64,000 bases of DNA from an uncultured virus (IMG/VR IMGVR_UViG_3300022200_000036) (IMGVR_UViG_3300022200_000036), one strand, 5' to 3'; shown: positions 1-9,375, numbered from the stretch's first letter. Numbers and translations are program-made. Notes: a model not told the origin generated them from the letters alone.

Positions 1-284
1 CGCATCAGCTAGCTGCTTGGGGACAAGCAGTACGTAACTGTGTTGGCTCTGCTTCTCACTATGCAGAAGACATTAAGAAACGTAAACACTTCATTGTCTT
101 GTGCATGGTTGGTGGTAAGCCAACCTTCACGATTCAGATGGATGTATCCATGGGTGTCATGAACGTCAAGCAGATTGCTGGTGTCGCCAACGAACGGTTG
201 TCTGATGACGACCGCGACAAGTACAGCAATGCCTTCAAGCAGGCTTTACAGCAGCGTGAAAAGCAGCTAGCATCTGAGAGCTGA
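1..284 (+). CDS. Partial (5'-truncated) PcfJ-like domain protein
   Basis: Frame open from the window start: HQLAAWGQAVRNCVGSASHYAEDIKKRKHFIVLCM...TIQM...QIAGVAN resembles the PcfJ C-terminal pattern (L..EG..M.HCVG.Y...TIE...Q..G..N). Confidence 0.5.
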   Translation, partial: HQLAAWGQAVRNCVGSASHYAEDIKKRKHFIVLCMVGGKPTFTIQMDVSMGVMNVKQIAGVANERLSDDDRDKYSNAFKQALQQREKQLASES

Positions 285-332
285 AGCCAAGGCAGGGGGC
301 GTCTATCCTCGTTATAGATGCTCCCTTTACTT

Positions 333-557
333 ATGACTGATTACACAGACGATCAGCTACTAGCCATGGCTATGGCAAATCTTGGAGAGTACATTCATGA
401 ACACTCACCTCACTATGTATTGATTAATGATCCTCGCAACGAGGATGACTATGATAGCTGGACTTACGGAATGGAAGTCCTGCCACAAGATCACACTTGG
501 CAGTCCACATCAATTGACGTGGATGTAAGCCCAAGTGATGCAGATATGGCGGAATAG
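333..557 (+). CDS. Hypothetical acidic protein; its 3' end overlaps tRNA-Leu
   Basis: ORF track 318..557; ATG at 333 preferred. Confidence 0.5.
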   Translation: MTDYTDDQLLAMAMANLGEYIHEHSPHYVLINDPRNEDDYDSWTYGMEVLPQDHTWQSTSIDVDVSPSDADMAE

Positions 558-625
558 GTAGACGCAACGGACTTAAAATCCGTAGGCCATTGGTCGTGAG
601 AGTTCGAGTCTCTCTATCTGCACCA
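540..625 (+). tRNA. trnL: tRNA-Leu(UAA), intronless, CCA encoded
   Basis: Acceptor GCAGATA/TATCTGC + ACCA; D arm GCGG-AATAGGTAGA-CGC; anticodon stem ACGGA/TCCGT with loop CT-TAA-AA; long variable arm; T arm GAGAG-TTCGAGT-CTCTC. Confidence 0.95.
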
Positions 626-647
626 ACCCAACTCATTACTCAACACC

Positions 648-1010
648 ATGCAAATCTTCGCTGCTTTCAAGCACCTCATCCCTGAGTTCCATGCTTTCTC
701 TGATGAAGACAAGCGTTATAACATTGGCGCTACTTGGACAGCTCCTGATGGCCTGAAAGATTACCACAACGTTGAGCTGCGGTACGTACGCAACTCTGAG
801 CGTATGGCCCTCCAAGGGCAGCCTCAGCCTGATGGCAGTTGGAAGTATGTCGAGCCCAACGGCAACGTCCACGTAATCTCTGCAGAGCGAGCTAAACATT
901 TCATGGAGCAGACCCAAGCCCATGCATCCATCATGGTTGGCATGCTCGACAAGATGCGTGAAGCAGGAATCATCGATGACATCCTGGACACTGACGCCCA
1001 GCCTGCTTAA
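648..1010 (+). CDS. Hypothetical protein
   Basis: 120-aa ORF with phage-like codon usage, followed by a hairpin. Confidence 0.75.
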   Translation: MQIFAAFKHLIPEFHAFSDEDKRYNIGATWTAPDGLKDYHNVELRYVRNSERMALQGQPQPDGSWKYVEPNGNVHVISAERAKHFMEQTQAHASIMVGMLDKMREAGIIDDILDTDAQPA

Positions 1011-1027
1011 GATACTCACCTGACATT

Positions 1028-1052
1028 GGCCCCTGCATTAGCAGGGGTCTTT
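1028..1052 (+). terminator. Probable intrinsic terminator
   Basis: GGCCCCTGC-ATTA-GCAGGGGTC stem followed by TTT. Confidence 0.55.
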
Positions 1053-1062
1053 CCTACAGAAG

Positions 1063-1428
1063 ATGGCATTTCAGAAACAACTGCTGCCTGATTGCCCAGA
1101 ATGTGGGCAGCCTGCGTTACGTGTTCTTGAATCTCGCCAAGCAACCCATGGCCGTCGTCGTCGCAAACAATGTGATGTATGCGGTCATCGTTGCACCACA
1201 TACGAGATTTCATCTGAAGACTATGCCAGGTATGATCACTTCCTCTACATGCACAATGAATTATGTAAACGACTAGGACAAAACACCACAGAACAAGCAC
1301 CACCTCAAGACAATCAATGCACTACTTGCAGCCATAATCAAGGCAGCGATTGTGCTTATGGTTTTCCTGAGTACGACACACCCGATTCATTTGATTGTAC
1401 TTGGTATGAGCAGCAAGCGTCAATTTAA
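1063..1428 (+). CDS. NrdR-like N-terminal zinc-ribbon protein (no ATP cone) with a second Cys cluster
   Basis: CPECG...RVLESR...RRRRKQCDVCGHRCTTYE matches the NrdR Zn ribbon; C-terminal CTTCSH...C...C. Confidence 0.75.
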   Translation: MAFQKQLLPDCPECGQPALRVLESRQATHGRRRRKQCDVCGHRCTTYEISSEDYARYDHFLYMHNELCKRLGQNTTEQAPPQDNQCTTCSHNQGSDCAYGFPEYDTPDSFDCTWYEQQASI

Positions 1429-1708
1429 TTACCGCATTGGTGATCGCGTAGCAGAACGTCCTAAGACCCATGGCATTTACACCAGGTCACCTGAGATGCG
1501 TCAATCACTCAAGCAATACCGCAAGCAAAGGTACGGCACAGTAGTTGGCACGAGTACCAGAGCAAATAAGAATGGTTATCGTTATAAGATCCTTCTCATT
1601 CAATGGGATGGACTCAAAACACCATCTGAACATGCATGCATGCGCATCTGTCCTGCATCAGAAATTGCACGACTGACCAATGAAGTTGTTGTCCCAGGGG
1701 AGATGTGA
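1406..1708 (+). CDS. Hypothetical basic protein
   Basis: ORF coupled to its neighbours; ATG at 1406. Confidence 0.6.
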   Translation: MSSKRQFNYRIGDRVAERPKTHGIYTRSPEMRQSLKQYRKQRYGTVVGTSTRANKNGYRYKILLIQWDGLKTPSEHACMRICPASEIARLTNEVVVPGEM

Positions 1709-1920
1709 TCATGAATGATCTACAGAAAGCTTTCCTACGTGGTGCATGCGTCACCATCCTTTGCTTTGCAGTGACTGGTTTGTTGGCAGCAATCTTCTTG
1801 ACGCCAGATGAACCTAAAGACACATCTAGGTTTGAAGTCATTGCAAAGTATGAAGAGTGTCATGTCATCCGTTACACTGATCCCACAACACGCTGGCAGT
1901 ACTTCTTGAAATGTCCATGA
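1705..1920 (+). CDS. Small membrane protein
   Basis: One hydrophobic segment ACVTILCFAVTGLLAAIFL. Confidence 0.6.
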   Translation: MIMNDLQKAFLRGACVTILCFAVTGLLAAIFLTPDEPKDTSRFEVIAKYEECHVIRYTDPTTRWQYFLKCP

Positions 1921-2570
1921 ACGTATCACTAGTCTGGGCTACGCCCAATGCAGAGGAAATGATCGTGAAGATGGCACGTGTTTCCGCACCAAAGAATCAA
2001 AGCAACATGGATACAGCACCTAAGTTGCTTAGGTATCTGATCAATCACAAACATTGGTCACCTTACGAGATGGCTAATCTCTGTGTTGAAATCAACACAA
2101 CACGTGCAATATCTGCGCAGATCTTACGTCATCGTTCCTTCAGCTTCCAAGAATTTAGTCAAAGGTATGCAGACACTAATGAACTAGGCTCCGCCGTCAT
2201 TCCTCATCTACGTCGTCAAGACCACAAGAACAGGCAGAACAGCATTGATGATCTACCAGCAGAACTTGTTGCTTCTTATTACAGGCGCATTAGTGAGCTG
2301 TATGAATCATCTGAACATCTCTATCGCGAGATGGTTAGTAATGGCGTAGCAAAAGAATGCGCGCGTTCTATTCTGCCGCTTTCGACACAGACCCGTCTTT
2401 ACATGAACGGTACACTCAGGTCGTTCATTCATTATCTTGATCTTCGCTGTGACCCAGGAACTCAACTCGAACACCAACAAATTGCAAGAGAAATCAAACG
2501 AATCTTTTGTGAACAATTCCCCATCATCGGAGAAGCAGCCTTCTCCGAAGGATGGGGAATTGAAAGATGA
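1911..2570 (+). CDS. thyX: FAD-dependent thymidylate synthase
   Basis: HWSPYE, QILRHRSFSFQEFSQRY (RHRx7S motif), KECARSILP, R...TQLEH. Confidence 0.97.
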   Translation: MSMNVSLVWATPNAEEMIVKMARVSAPKNQSNMDTAPKLLRYLINHKHWSPYEMANLCVEINTTRAISAQILRHRSFSFQEFSQRYADTNELGSAVIPHLRRQDHKNRQNSIDDLPAELVASYYRRISELYESSEHLYREMVSNGVAKECARSILPLSTQTRLYMNGTLRSFIHYLDLRCDPGTQLEHQQIAREIKRIFCEQFPIIGEAAFSEGWGIER

Positions 2571-2586
2571 TATAAACAAATGGCGA

Positions 2587-2766
2587 TCAGAAGGTCGCGG
2601 TTGTTTGTTTTTCTAATTCTTTAAGAGCATGCTTGGACTCTACATCCAAGCGTGCTTTCTTTTTCTTTTGTTCAATCAAGTACACAATCAATGCACTATT
2701 CAATTTAGTAAGCTCCAATGTTTTTTGTGCTAGCTCCAAGGATAGTTTTGCAGCTTCTTGATTCAT
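2587..2766 (-). CDS. Hypothetical coiled-coil protein
   Basis: ATG at 2766 overlaps the stop of the upstream DUF4278-like gene. Confidence 0.5.
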   Translation of the reverse strand: MNQEAAKLSLELAQKTLELTKLNSALIVYLIEQKKKKARLDVESKHALKELEKQTTATF

Positions 2767-2915
2767 TTGATCTGACCTCCGGTGACATAAGGAAAGTAAC
2801 AAGCGTTACGATACTTGAGGCAGAGCCACGGGCGGTGTGCTAGATTCCACCAGGCCTTGTCCTTCTGAGATTGTTCCTCTTGGTTGTACTTGACACCCCG
2901 ATACGTAAGAGTCAT
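2763..2915 (-). CDS. DUF4278-like small cyanobacterial protein
   Basis: N-terminus MTLTYRGVKY is typical of DUF4278; a second LKYR..Y half-repeat follows. Confidence 0.7.
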   Translation of the reverse strand: MTLTYRGVKYNQEEQSQKDKAWWNLAHRPWLCLKYRNACYFPYVTGGQIK

Positions 2916-2925
2916 GATGCATTTG

Positions 2926-2939
2926 GTATCTGTTGATAC
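2926..2939. promoter_or_regulatory. Candidate NtcA binding site (GTA-N8-TAC)
   Basis: GTATCTGTTGATAC, 10 nt upstream of the DUF4278-like start and just downstream of a TATTGT -10-like hexamer on the minus strand. Confidence 0.55.
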
Positions 2940-3024
2940 AGCAACAATACTGCTGTATTGATATTCATGTCGTTCATCCTGTAACACAAAATCAAGCTGA
3001 CAAGTTCTACACACTTCTCTTCCT

Positions 3025-3246
3025 ATGCCTGAACTTTCCCCAGCTACCCAAGCAGTGCTCGACGCCTTCCGCTCCAATCACACAGGGCAAGGCTGTCTTG
3101 CCGCCGCCCTTCGTGCTGCTGCAGATCAAGCTGAAGACGTTTGCCAAGCGCGACCTTTTACCGAATGGGGCGAAGGCTGGTTGGAAGGCGTTAAAGATGT
3201 TGTCGCAGGCTTTCGTCGCATCGCCACTGAACTCGAAGCCCATTAG
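3025..3246 (+). CDS. Hypothetical protein
   Basis: 73-aa ORF, MPELSPATQAVLDAF... Confidence 0.7.
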   Translation: MPELSPATQAVLDAFRSNHTGQGCLAAALRAAADQAEDVCQARPFTEWGEGWLEGVKDVVAGFRRIATELEAH

Positions 3247-3264
3247 ACCGATCAACTTATCATC

Positions 3265-3561
3265 ATGAAAGGATTCAACACAACTAAACAAGCAACTCGA
3301 TCTTCTTCTTATTGGGTTGCATCTTATACAAAGGACAATGAAGATGAACCACTTGGTATTCACAAGAAAGTTTTGTCTTATGCTCCAGGGCAAGACAAAG
3401 AAGTTTTGATGACTAAGTACTGTCACTCACTCATGAAACTTAATCCACACGTATGGGAAGTCCTGGTGCACCAAGGACCAAGTAAAACTCCAGACCATGG
3501 AGATCAGATTGTTATTCGCTTATCACGTGAACCTTTCAAAGGATGTGGTCAGCTCACTTGA
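3265..3561 (+). CDS. Hypothetical protein
   Basis: 98-aa ORF. Confidence 0.65.
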   Translation: MKGFNTTKQATRSSSYWVASYTKDNEDEPLGIHKKVLSYAPGQDKEVLMTKYCHSLMKLNPHVWEVLVHQGPSKTPDHGDQIVIRLSREPFKGCGQLT

Positions 3562-3766
3562 CGCAAGGGCGTGACCTCACAGAGATCAACCTGCAAGGTC
3601 ATTCACTTGCCAACCAGAGGAAGCTGCAGAAACTCTGGTTCCCTTGGACCTGACGCAGCTCTTCTTCGGCCCTTATCTACTGTAGACTAAATTCCTGAAC
3701 GGGAAGATGGACCTGAGATGTCCTTAAACTCATTCATTAGTTCTGCTTATCATTCAATTCAACACA

Positions 3767-4528
3767 ATGAAACTCCTCAAGTTTTCCACATGTAACGGTA
3801 AGCTCAAGAATCGTTTGATCTTCAACCTGCCTGCTGGTTACACATGCCCTCACGCTGGTGTATGTAAAACCATGGCTGACAGAACAACTGGTAAGATTTA
3901 TGACTTGCCGCAGTTCAATGGCACAGAAGCACCTGAGTACCGTTGCTTTGCTGCCATGGCAGAGACCAGGCCAACAGTACGTCAAGCACGTTGGCACAAC
4001 TGGGATCTCATTCGTGAAACCATTCACATGAATGGCAACCAAGCCGTGCTATTGCGTGATCTGATTGACCTTTCACTTCTGATGCAACCACCCAAGAAGC
4101 TGGTACGCATCCATGAGTCGGGAGATTTCTGGACTGAGAACTACATGAAGGCTTGGATCATGGTTGCACAAGGCCGGCCCGAGCAAAAGTTCTATGCTTA
4201 TACCAAGTCTCTTGGCATGTGGTACAACTTGAAAGATCTCATCCCACCGAACTTTTATCTCACTGCATCTTACGGTGGTACTCTCGACTACTTGATTCCT
4301 AAATACCCTGATGTGTTCCAACGTGTGGCATACGTTGTCTACACGGAAGAGGAAGCAGCTGAACGTGGTCTCCATGTAGATCATGATGACAGCCACTGCC
4401 TTGGTGACAAACCATTCGCACTCCTGGTTCATGGCTCCCAGCGTGCTGGTTCTGATGCAATGGCTGCATTAACAAAACGTAAGAAGGAAGGTAAGTTTGT
4501 TGGGTATGGTACATCCAACAAAAAATAA
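3767..4528 (+). CDS. GP88-family phage protein
   Basis: FNLPAGYTCP.AG.C...CFA...VRIHESGDF...YAYTKS pattern. Confidence 0.75.
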   Translation: MKLLKFSTCNGKLKNRLIFNLPAGYTCPHAGVCKTMADRTTGKIYDLPQFNGTEAPEYRCFAAMAETRPTVRQARWHNWDLIRETIHMNGNQAVLLRDLIDLSLLMQPPKKLVRIHESGDFWTENYMKAWIMVAQGRPEQKFYAYTKSLGMWYNLKDLIPPNFYLTASYGGTLDYLIPKYPDVFQRVAYVVYTEEEAAERGLHVDHDDSHCLGDKPFALLVHGSQRAGSDAMAALTKRKKEGKFVGYGTSNKK

Positions 4529-4591
4529 TCTGTAGACCCTTGCGGATCAGATGGCATGACGTAACATGCAACCGTCTTTCATCTGATCCCA

Positions 4592-4825
4592 ATGTCTTAT
4601 GTCATTGCTTGCTGGCGGTGGGGCACACCACATGCCATTACTGCTAACAAAGAAAGCAATAAGTTTGAGTTGATTCCACTAGACTCTGATGTAGCTTTAA
4701 ACAAGATCTTTTCCCATCCGTATCGTGCGGGTGCGCAACAGATCTTGACGTGGATCAATGACAACGATGAAGACCTCTCAAGTAAAGAACTGCAAGTTTG
4801 CGATGAAAGCCAGTTCCGCAAATGA
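4592..4825 (+). CDS. Hypothetical protein
   Basis: 77-aa ORF directly upstream of polA. Confidence 0.6.
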   Translation: MSYVIACWRWGTPHAITANKESNKFELIPLDSDVALNKIFSHPYRAGAQQILTWINDNDEDLSSKELQVCDESQFRK

Positions 4826-6626
4826 CAAATGGTTGGTATTCGACCTTGAGAGTGATGGACTCTATGATGTGGTCACCAAGATTCACTGCATTGTTATCCA
4901 TGACATTACATCCGAACAAACTTTTAGTTATGGGCCTGATCGCATTGCTAATGCTATTGCTCATCTGGCAACCGCTGATGTTCTCATAGGACATAACCTG
5001 ATTTTTTTCGACATTCCTGTCCTGCAAAAGCTGCATTCATTTGTCAGCAAAGCACGCATCATTGACACACTCATCTGCACACGACTCATTTGGCCCAAGG
5101 AAAAACTCTATGATCTTGACATCGAACAATATCCGCAGGTTCCAAAGAACCTACGTGGATCCGCATCACTTAAGGCCTGGGGATGGCGCCTGGCCGATCA
5201 TAAGATCAACTTCAAAGACTTCTCCGAATATTCTGAGGAGATGTTGGAGTATTGTATCCAGGACGTTAATGTCACAACAAAACTCTGGGAGCACATCTCC
5301 AAGGAGAACTATCCGGAACCAGCTCTTAAGTTGGAGCACGACTTTGCACTTGCAATTAACAAACAAATTCGAGCAGGTGTTCCTTTTGATGTGGATGCAT
5401 GTCTTGATCTGGTGGATGATCTCCGAGCAAAAGAAGTACAACTTGAAGCACAGCTAAAACAAATCTTTCCGCCCATCGAACATCGCACTTGGTTTACTCC
5501 CAAGGTCAATAACAAAACTCGTGGTTATGTCAAAGGAGTACCGTTTGAAAAAGTGCGACACGAAGAGTTCAATCCTGGCTCTCGTGATCAAATTGCTGAT
5601 CGACTTAAGGCAAAATACGGATGGGAGCCAGAGAAAACAACTGAGAAAGGAAATCCAGTTCTTAATGACGAAGTATTAGAGCAGCTGCCGTATCCAGAAG
5701 CCAAGCCTCTGGCAGAATACATGCTCCTCAAGAAACGTCTTGGTCAGATTGCTGATGGCAACAACGCTTGGCTCAAGCTGGTTAATAATGACAGCGGTCG
5801 TATGCACGGTGACGTTGTTACTAACGGCTGCGTCACTGGTAGGTGTGCTCATAGGTACCCTAATATGGGTCAAGTTCCAGCGGGTTATTCACCTTATGGC
5901 AAAGAATGTCGTTCGTTATTTCATGCGCCCGAAGGATGGGACATGATTGGTATCGATGCCAAAGCACTGGAGCTTAGGTGCTTAGCTGGATACCTTGCAC
6001 TTTGGGATGACGGAGAATATGCACGTGTGGTTACTGATCCTGAAATTGATATTCATGAATACAACAGAGAAAAGTTTGGTGTGCCAACCAGAGACATCAG
6101 TAAGCGTTTGCTTTATGCCGTGCTATACGGGGCTGGACATCTCAAAGCTGGTACCATTGTAGACCCGAATGAAAAAGATGAAGAAACATTGCGTCAACTA
6201 GGGAAAACTGCAATTAAATCATTCATGAAAGGTGTGCCTGCATTGCAAGAACTTAAGAATCAAATCGATGCAAACATTTCCACACGTGGACATTTAATTG
6301 GCTTGGATCGCCGCATTCTTTATTGTCGTTCTGCATTCAAGGGATTGAATGTTTTATTGCAATCAGCAGGTGCAATCCTTATGAAGCAAGTTGTTATTAA
6401 CATCCATAACAACATTGAGTCTGCCCTATCTCTGCCCCATGGGCAGGGTTGGGAGCAGGTACTCATGGTGCACGATGAAGTAGAGATTGTCTGCAAGCCG
6501 CAGTACACAGAACTTATTAAAGAACAAGTTATGCTTGCTTTTCCTCAAGCGCAAGAATTCTTTGGTTTCTTGTGTCCAATTGAAGGAGACGCTAGAGTTG
6601 GCTACACTTGGTACGACGTTCACTGA
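4803..6626 (+). CDS. polA: Family A DNA polymerase (T7-like, 3'-5' exonuclease + polymerase; Tyr at the E. coli 762-equivalent position)
   Basis: ExoI FDLESDG, ExoII GHNLIFFD, ExoIII YCIQDV; motif A DAKALELR, motif B SKRLLYAVLYG, motif C VHDE; start uncertain (4758 or 4803). Confidence 0.96.
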   Translation: MKASSANDKWLVFDLESDGLYDVVTKIHCIVIHDITSEQTFSYGPDRIANAIAHLATADVLIGHNLIFFDIPVLQKLHSFVSKARIIDTLICTRLIWPKEKLYDLDIEQYPQVPKNLRGSASLKAWGWRLADHKINFKDFSEYSEEMLEYCIQDVNVTTKLWEHISKENYPEPALKLEHDFALAINKQIRAGVPFDVDACLDLVDDLRAKEVQLEAQLKQIFPPIEHRTWFTPKVNNKTRGYVKGVPFEKVRHEEFNPGSRDQIADRLKAKYGWEPEKTTEKGNPVLNDEVLEQLPYPEAKPLAEYMLLKKRLGQIADGNNAWLKLVNNDSGRMHGDVVTNGCVTGRCAHRYPNMGQVPAGYSPYGKECRSLFHAPEGWDMIGIDAKALELRCLAGYLALWDDGEYARVVTDPEIDIHEYNREKFGVPTRDISKRLLYAVLYGAGHLKAGTIVDPNEKDEETLRQLGKTAIKSFMKGVPALQELKNQIDANISTRGHLIGLDRRILYCRSAFKGLNVLLQSAGAILMKQVVINIHNNIESALSLPHGQGWEQVLMVHDEVEIVCKPQYTELIKEQVMLAFPQAQEFFGFLCPIEGDARVGYTWYDVH

Positions 6627-6637
6627 CCGTTGGACCT

Positions 6638-6664
6638 CGTCCTAAGCATGACGTTAAACTGCTT
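6638..6664 (+). repeat. 27-nt pseudoknot-forming motif, copy 1 (upstream of ssb)
   Basis: CGTC-CT-AAGCA-T-GACG-TTAAAC-TGCTT; CGTC/GACG and AAGCA/TGCTT can pair. Confidence 0.85.
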
Positions 6665-6684
6665 TAACACTGCACATCAGATTG

Positions 6685-7503
6685 ATGAACTTCGTTTCTG
6701 CTCACGTCATTCTCAATGAATCTTCACGAGAGGTGTACACAAGTGCATCTTCGTCCAACCAGGTAGCGCAAGTTGTTCTTGCACCTGTTGGTAACAAAGC
6801 ACCCACTGTCCTTGACCTCCATGTTTACGGGAAGCCTGCAGAAAAATTTAAGACCTACGTTCGAGGACAGCGTATCTACATTCACGGCGCCAAGTTACGG
6901 TTTGATATCCAATCAAAGACGTACTCGCTCCATGGAGGATCTATTGCAGAAGTTACTGAATCATTCCCTATCTTCAACGACGTCATCTTGAGCGGTCGTT
7001 GTATCAAAGACATTGATCAAACTGATGCACGTGCCTTCAAGACAACAGCTGATGGCTTGATAATTGCAAACCAAACACTCTCAGTTAATACAGGCCGCAA
7101 CCAAGCTGATCTGTTTAACTTCTATGCAATAAACACGGCACAAGATAAGTTCAATCAAGCTGAACTTCTTGTTAACTTTACGCGTAAAGGTACTGGCCTG
7201 ACCATTCGTGGTCGTCTTGTTACCGATGCATGGACTGATAAGGACACCAAAGAACAGCGGTCTGTTACCAAGATCCAGCTGGTGCAAATGACGCTTGCAC
7301 CTAAGGGCAGTGAGTCTCAAGCGAAACCTGTGGTATCGCAAACAACGGTGGCTTCCACCGAAAATGTCGCTAGTCTATGGGGCGGTAAGACCGCTGAGGA
7401 ATCACCGGACCCTTGGAACCAAGCCTCAGGTGGTGGGCTGCCTGATCTCCCTGGTCAGTACGGCTCTACCCCTAACTTTGATTCAGACGAACCTCCCTTC
7501 TAG
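6685..7503 (+). CDS. ssb: Single-stranded DNA-binding protein with two tandem OB folds
   Basis: VILSGR..KD...AE......KG....I.GRL.TD.WTDKD...RS pattern; a degenerate N-terminal OB repeat; acidic C-terminal tip DSDEPPF. Confidence 0.85.
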   Translation: MNFVSAHVILNESSREVYTSASSSNQVAQVVLAPVGNKAPTVLDLHVYGKPAEKFKTYVRGQRIYIHGAKLRFDIQSKTYSLHGGSIAEVTESFPIFNDVILSGRCIKDIDQTDARAFKTTADGLIIANQTLSVNTGRNQADLFNFYAINTAQDKFNQAELLVNFTRKGTGLTIRGRLVTDAWTDKDTKEQRSVTKIQLVQMTLAPKGSESQAKPVVSQTTVASTENVASLWGGKTAEESPDPWNQASGGGLPDLPGQYGSTPNFDSDEPPF

Positions 7504-7508
7504 ACATC

Positions 7509-7760
7509 ATGCCAATCAATGTTCCGATTGACGACAACACCATGTCTTTGCGTGACGCCATTGCCTACGAGTTCTACATGGAAAATCTTTCCGTTTACAT
7601 GGATACCTGGAAAGATGAAGATAAAGAAAAACGTGAAGACATTGGTGTTGCGCTTGCAAAACTTGCAACGGCTGCGTATACAGTAGCTGAAATCTTTTGC
7701 ATGACACGTGATGACATCATCTCCGAATCCATCAAATCAAACGATGACACCGACGTATGA
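7509..7760 (+). CDS. Hypothetical protein
   Basis: 83-aa ORF. Confidence 0.65.
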   Translation: MPINVPIDDNTMSLRDAIAYEFYMENLSVYMDTWKDEDKEKREDIGVALAKLATAAYTVAEIFCMTRDDIISESIKSNDDTDV

Positions 7761-7986
7761 TCAATTCACTCTCCTCTATGAGGATGAGTATGACAAAGTT
7801 CTCCATGAGTTCAAAGGTGTTGTTGCTGATGATGTGATTGGACACATTATTGACTTTCTTAAAGGCTGCGGCTATTGCGAACACTCCATCCATGAGGCGT
7901 TGCAAGAGAAAGCGGAAGCTTACTTTGAAGCTCAACAACTGTTACGACTTCCTGCACAACAGGATGATCTTATCGGTCTTGACTGA
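7744..7986 (+). CDS. Hypothetical acidic protein
   Basis: ORF track 7708..7986; the later ATG is preferred. Confidence 0.6.
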   Translation: MTPTYDQFTLLYEDEYDKVLHEFKGVVADDVIGHIIDFLKGCGYCEHSIHEALQEKAEAYFEAQQLLRLPAQQDDLIGLD

Positions 7987-7991
7987 TAATA

Positions 7992-8018
7992 CGTCCTGGG
8001 CATGACGTTAAACTGCCC
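7992..8018 (+). repeat. 27-nt pseudoknot-forming motif, copy 2
   Basis: CGTC-CT-GGGCA-T-GACG-TTAAAC-TGCCC. Confidence 0.85.
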
Positions 8019-8040
8019 ACATCCAAACTACGAACAGACC

Positions 8041-9060
8041 ATGACTGCTTCTTTGTCCACCAAGAAAAACACTTCGCTTGCTACCAGGGGCCTTGATTCG
8101 TTTAAACTTTTTCAATCCAAAGAATTTGTTTCGGGGTACCAAAACCTCGTCACAATACAACCACTCAATAAGTCCAAGGTACGAGGTTGGTTCGTGCGGA
8201 AGTCAGACCTTGACACTTGTGGATGGAGTGCCACTGAAGATCAATTTGCTGACGGTTCTGTTCTCTGGAACTACAAGCAAACTTTTGGTATGGCTCCCAA
8301 TACTTCAGTGGAAGAAGGGCTCAATTTCGTTGAGCCTCGCGTTCAAATCCTTTTACGTTCTCCCCTCATGGTTGAGGAAACCTCAGGGATGAGGCAAGTG
8401 ATCGGTACGTTTGAAGATCCAGAGATCAAGCAGTTGTTTGAGAACGATAAGATTGCATCTGATCTTTCCAATAGTAAAGGTGAAATCTACAAGCGTAAGT
8501 ACGCTGTACGTACCAAGTATCTGGTCTATGTGTTGACCAAAGATAATAAGCGTGCTCACAAGATCCCGATGGTGCTTACCATCAAAGGATTGAATGGCAC
8601 TGACATCTCGGATAAGATCAAGATGTATGAAAAGGAAATGTCTAAGTGCTTGAGCAAAGCACTGAATTCTGAAGTTCCTTTGGCATTTAACGAAAAGTTT
8701 TATGCCACTACAGTGTTTGCTCCCGTGCTTGTCAATGACATGCGCGGTGCAAATAACGTAGAGATTTGTGCAATCGAATCCTTTGAGATCCCTGATTACA
8801 CAACGCAAGAAAATGCGATTGAATCATTGAATCGTCTTTCGATTCCTGATGAAGATCGTGAATCCACCTGGAAGTATCAAGATATGTTCCAGGACTATAT
8901 CAATCAACATGCCAAGCAAGATGCTGATAAACTCGGCGGTGCTTATGGCATCAAGGAAGGTGTAGAGATTCTTCCTGTCTCTCGTACCACGGATGCAGTT
9001 GATGTAAAAGCATTACCTGCCCGTGATCCAATGACTGGTGAGGATGCTAGTCTGCTCTAA
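8041..9060 (+). CDS. Conserved hypothetical protein, possibly ssDNA-binding or recombination related
   Basis: 339-aa ORF from ATG 8041; C-terminal DPMTGE motif is common in phage recombination and annealing proteins. Confidence 0.7.
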   Translation: MTASLSTKKNTSLATRGLDSFKLFQSKEFVSGYQNLVTIQPLNKSKVRGWFVRKSDLDTCGWSATEDQFADGSVLWNYKQTFGMAPNTSVEEGLNFVEPRVQILLRSPLMVEETSGMRQVIGTFEDPEIKQLFENDKIASDLSNSKGEIYKRKYAVRTKYLVYVLTKDNKRAHKIPMVLTIKGLNGTDISDKIKMYEKEMSKCLSKALNSEVPLAFNEKFYATTVFAPVLVNDMRGANNVEICAIESFEIPDYTTQENAIESLNRLSIPDEDRESTWKYQDMFQDYINQHAKQDADKLGGAYGIKEGVEILPVSRTTDAVDVKALPARDPMTGEDASLL

Positions 9061-9105
9061 TGACTAAAGCAAACACTTCGGTTGATTTGCTTGCGGCGTT
9101 TTTCC

Positions 9106-9375
9106 TCACTCTGATTGAGCCGGGATCTGATGTGAGAATTGTCCTTGCATCAGATCCATTGCATCTTTCACAAGTCCTTTGATTGCTATTTGCCGTGTTG
9201 TTGCAATCTTTGTAAGCAGCACGGCAATTTCTTTTACCTCATCCAAGGAAGTGGATTCATTGATCTGACGTATCATTTTTTCTTGCCAGAACATTTCCTC
9301 AGGACCTGCTTCAAACTGCAACATGACTTGAAATGTTTTTAACACTCTAATCGCTTCACTGCTAACCAAGCTCAA
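9106..9375 (-). CDS. Small helical protein, weakly NblA-like
   Basis: PEEMFWQEKMIRQINESTSLDEVKEIAVLLTKIATTRQIAIKGLV helix-loop-helix; start may be ATG 9324. Confidence 0.45.
   Translation of the reverse strand: MSLVSSEAIRVLKTFQVMLQFEAGPEEMFWQEKMIRQINESTSLDEVKEIAVLLTKIATTRQIAIKGLVKDAMDLMQGQFSHQIPAQSE

Noticed and set aside
540..625. tRNA-Leu as an attP or prophage boundary
   Set aside because: No integrase or duplicated tRNA 3' end in the window; phage-like genes lie on both sides.
6638..6664. Pseudoknot motif as a pistol ribozyme or fluoride riboswitch
   Set aside because: It shares a CGUC/GACG stem and an AAA linker superficially but lacks the extra stems and conserved core nucleotides.
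8002..8040. ATG 8002 as start of the 352-aa ORF
   Set aside because: It lies inside the pseudoknot motif; ATG 8041 matches the spacing of the other two copies.
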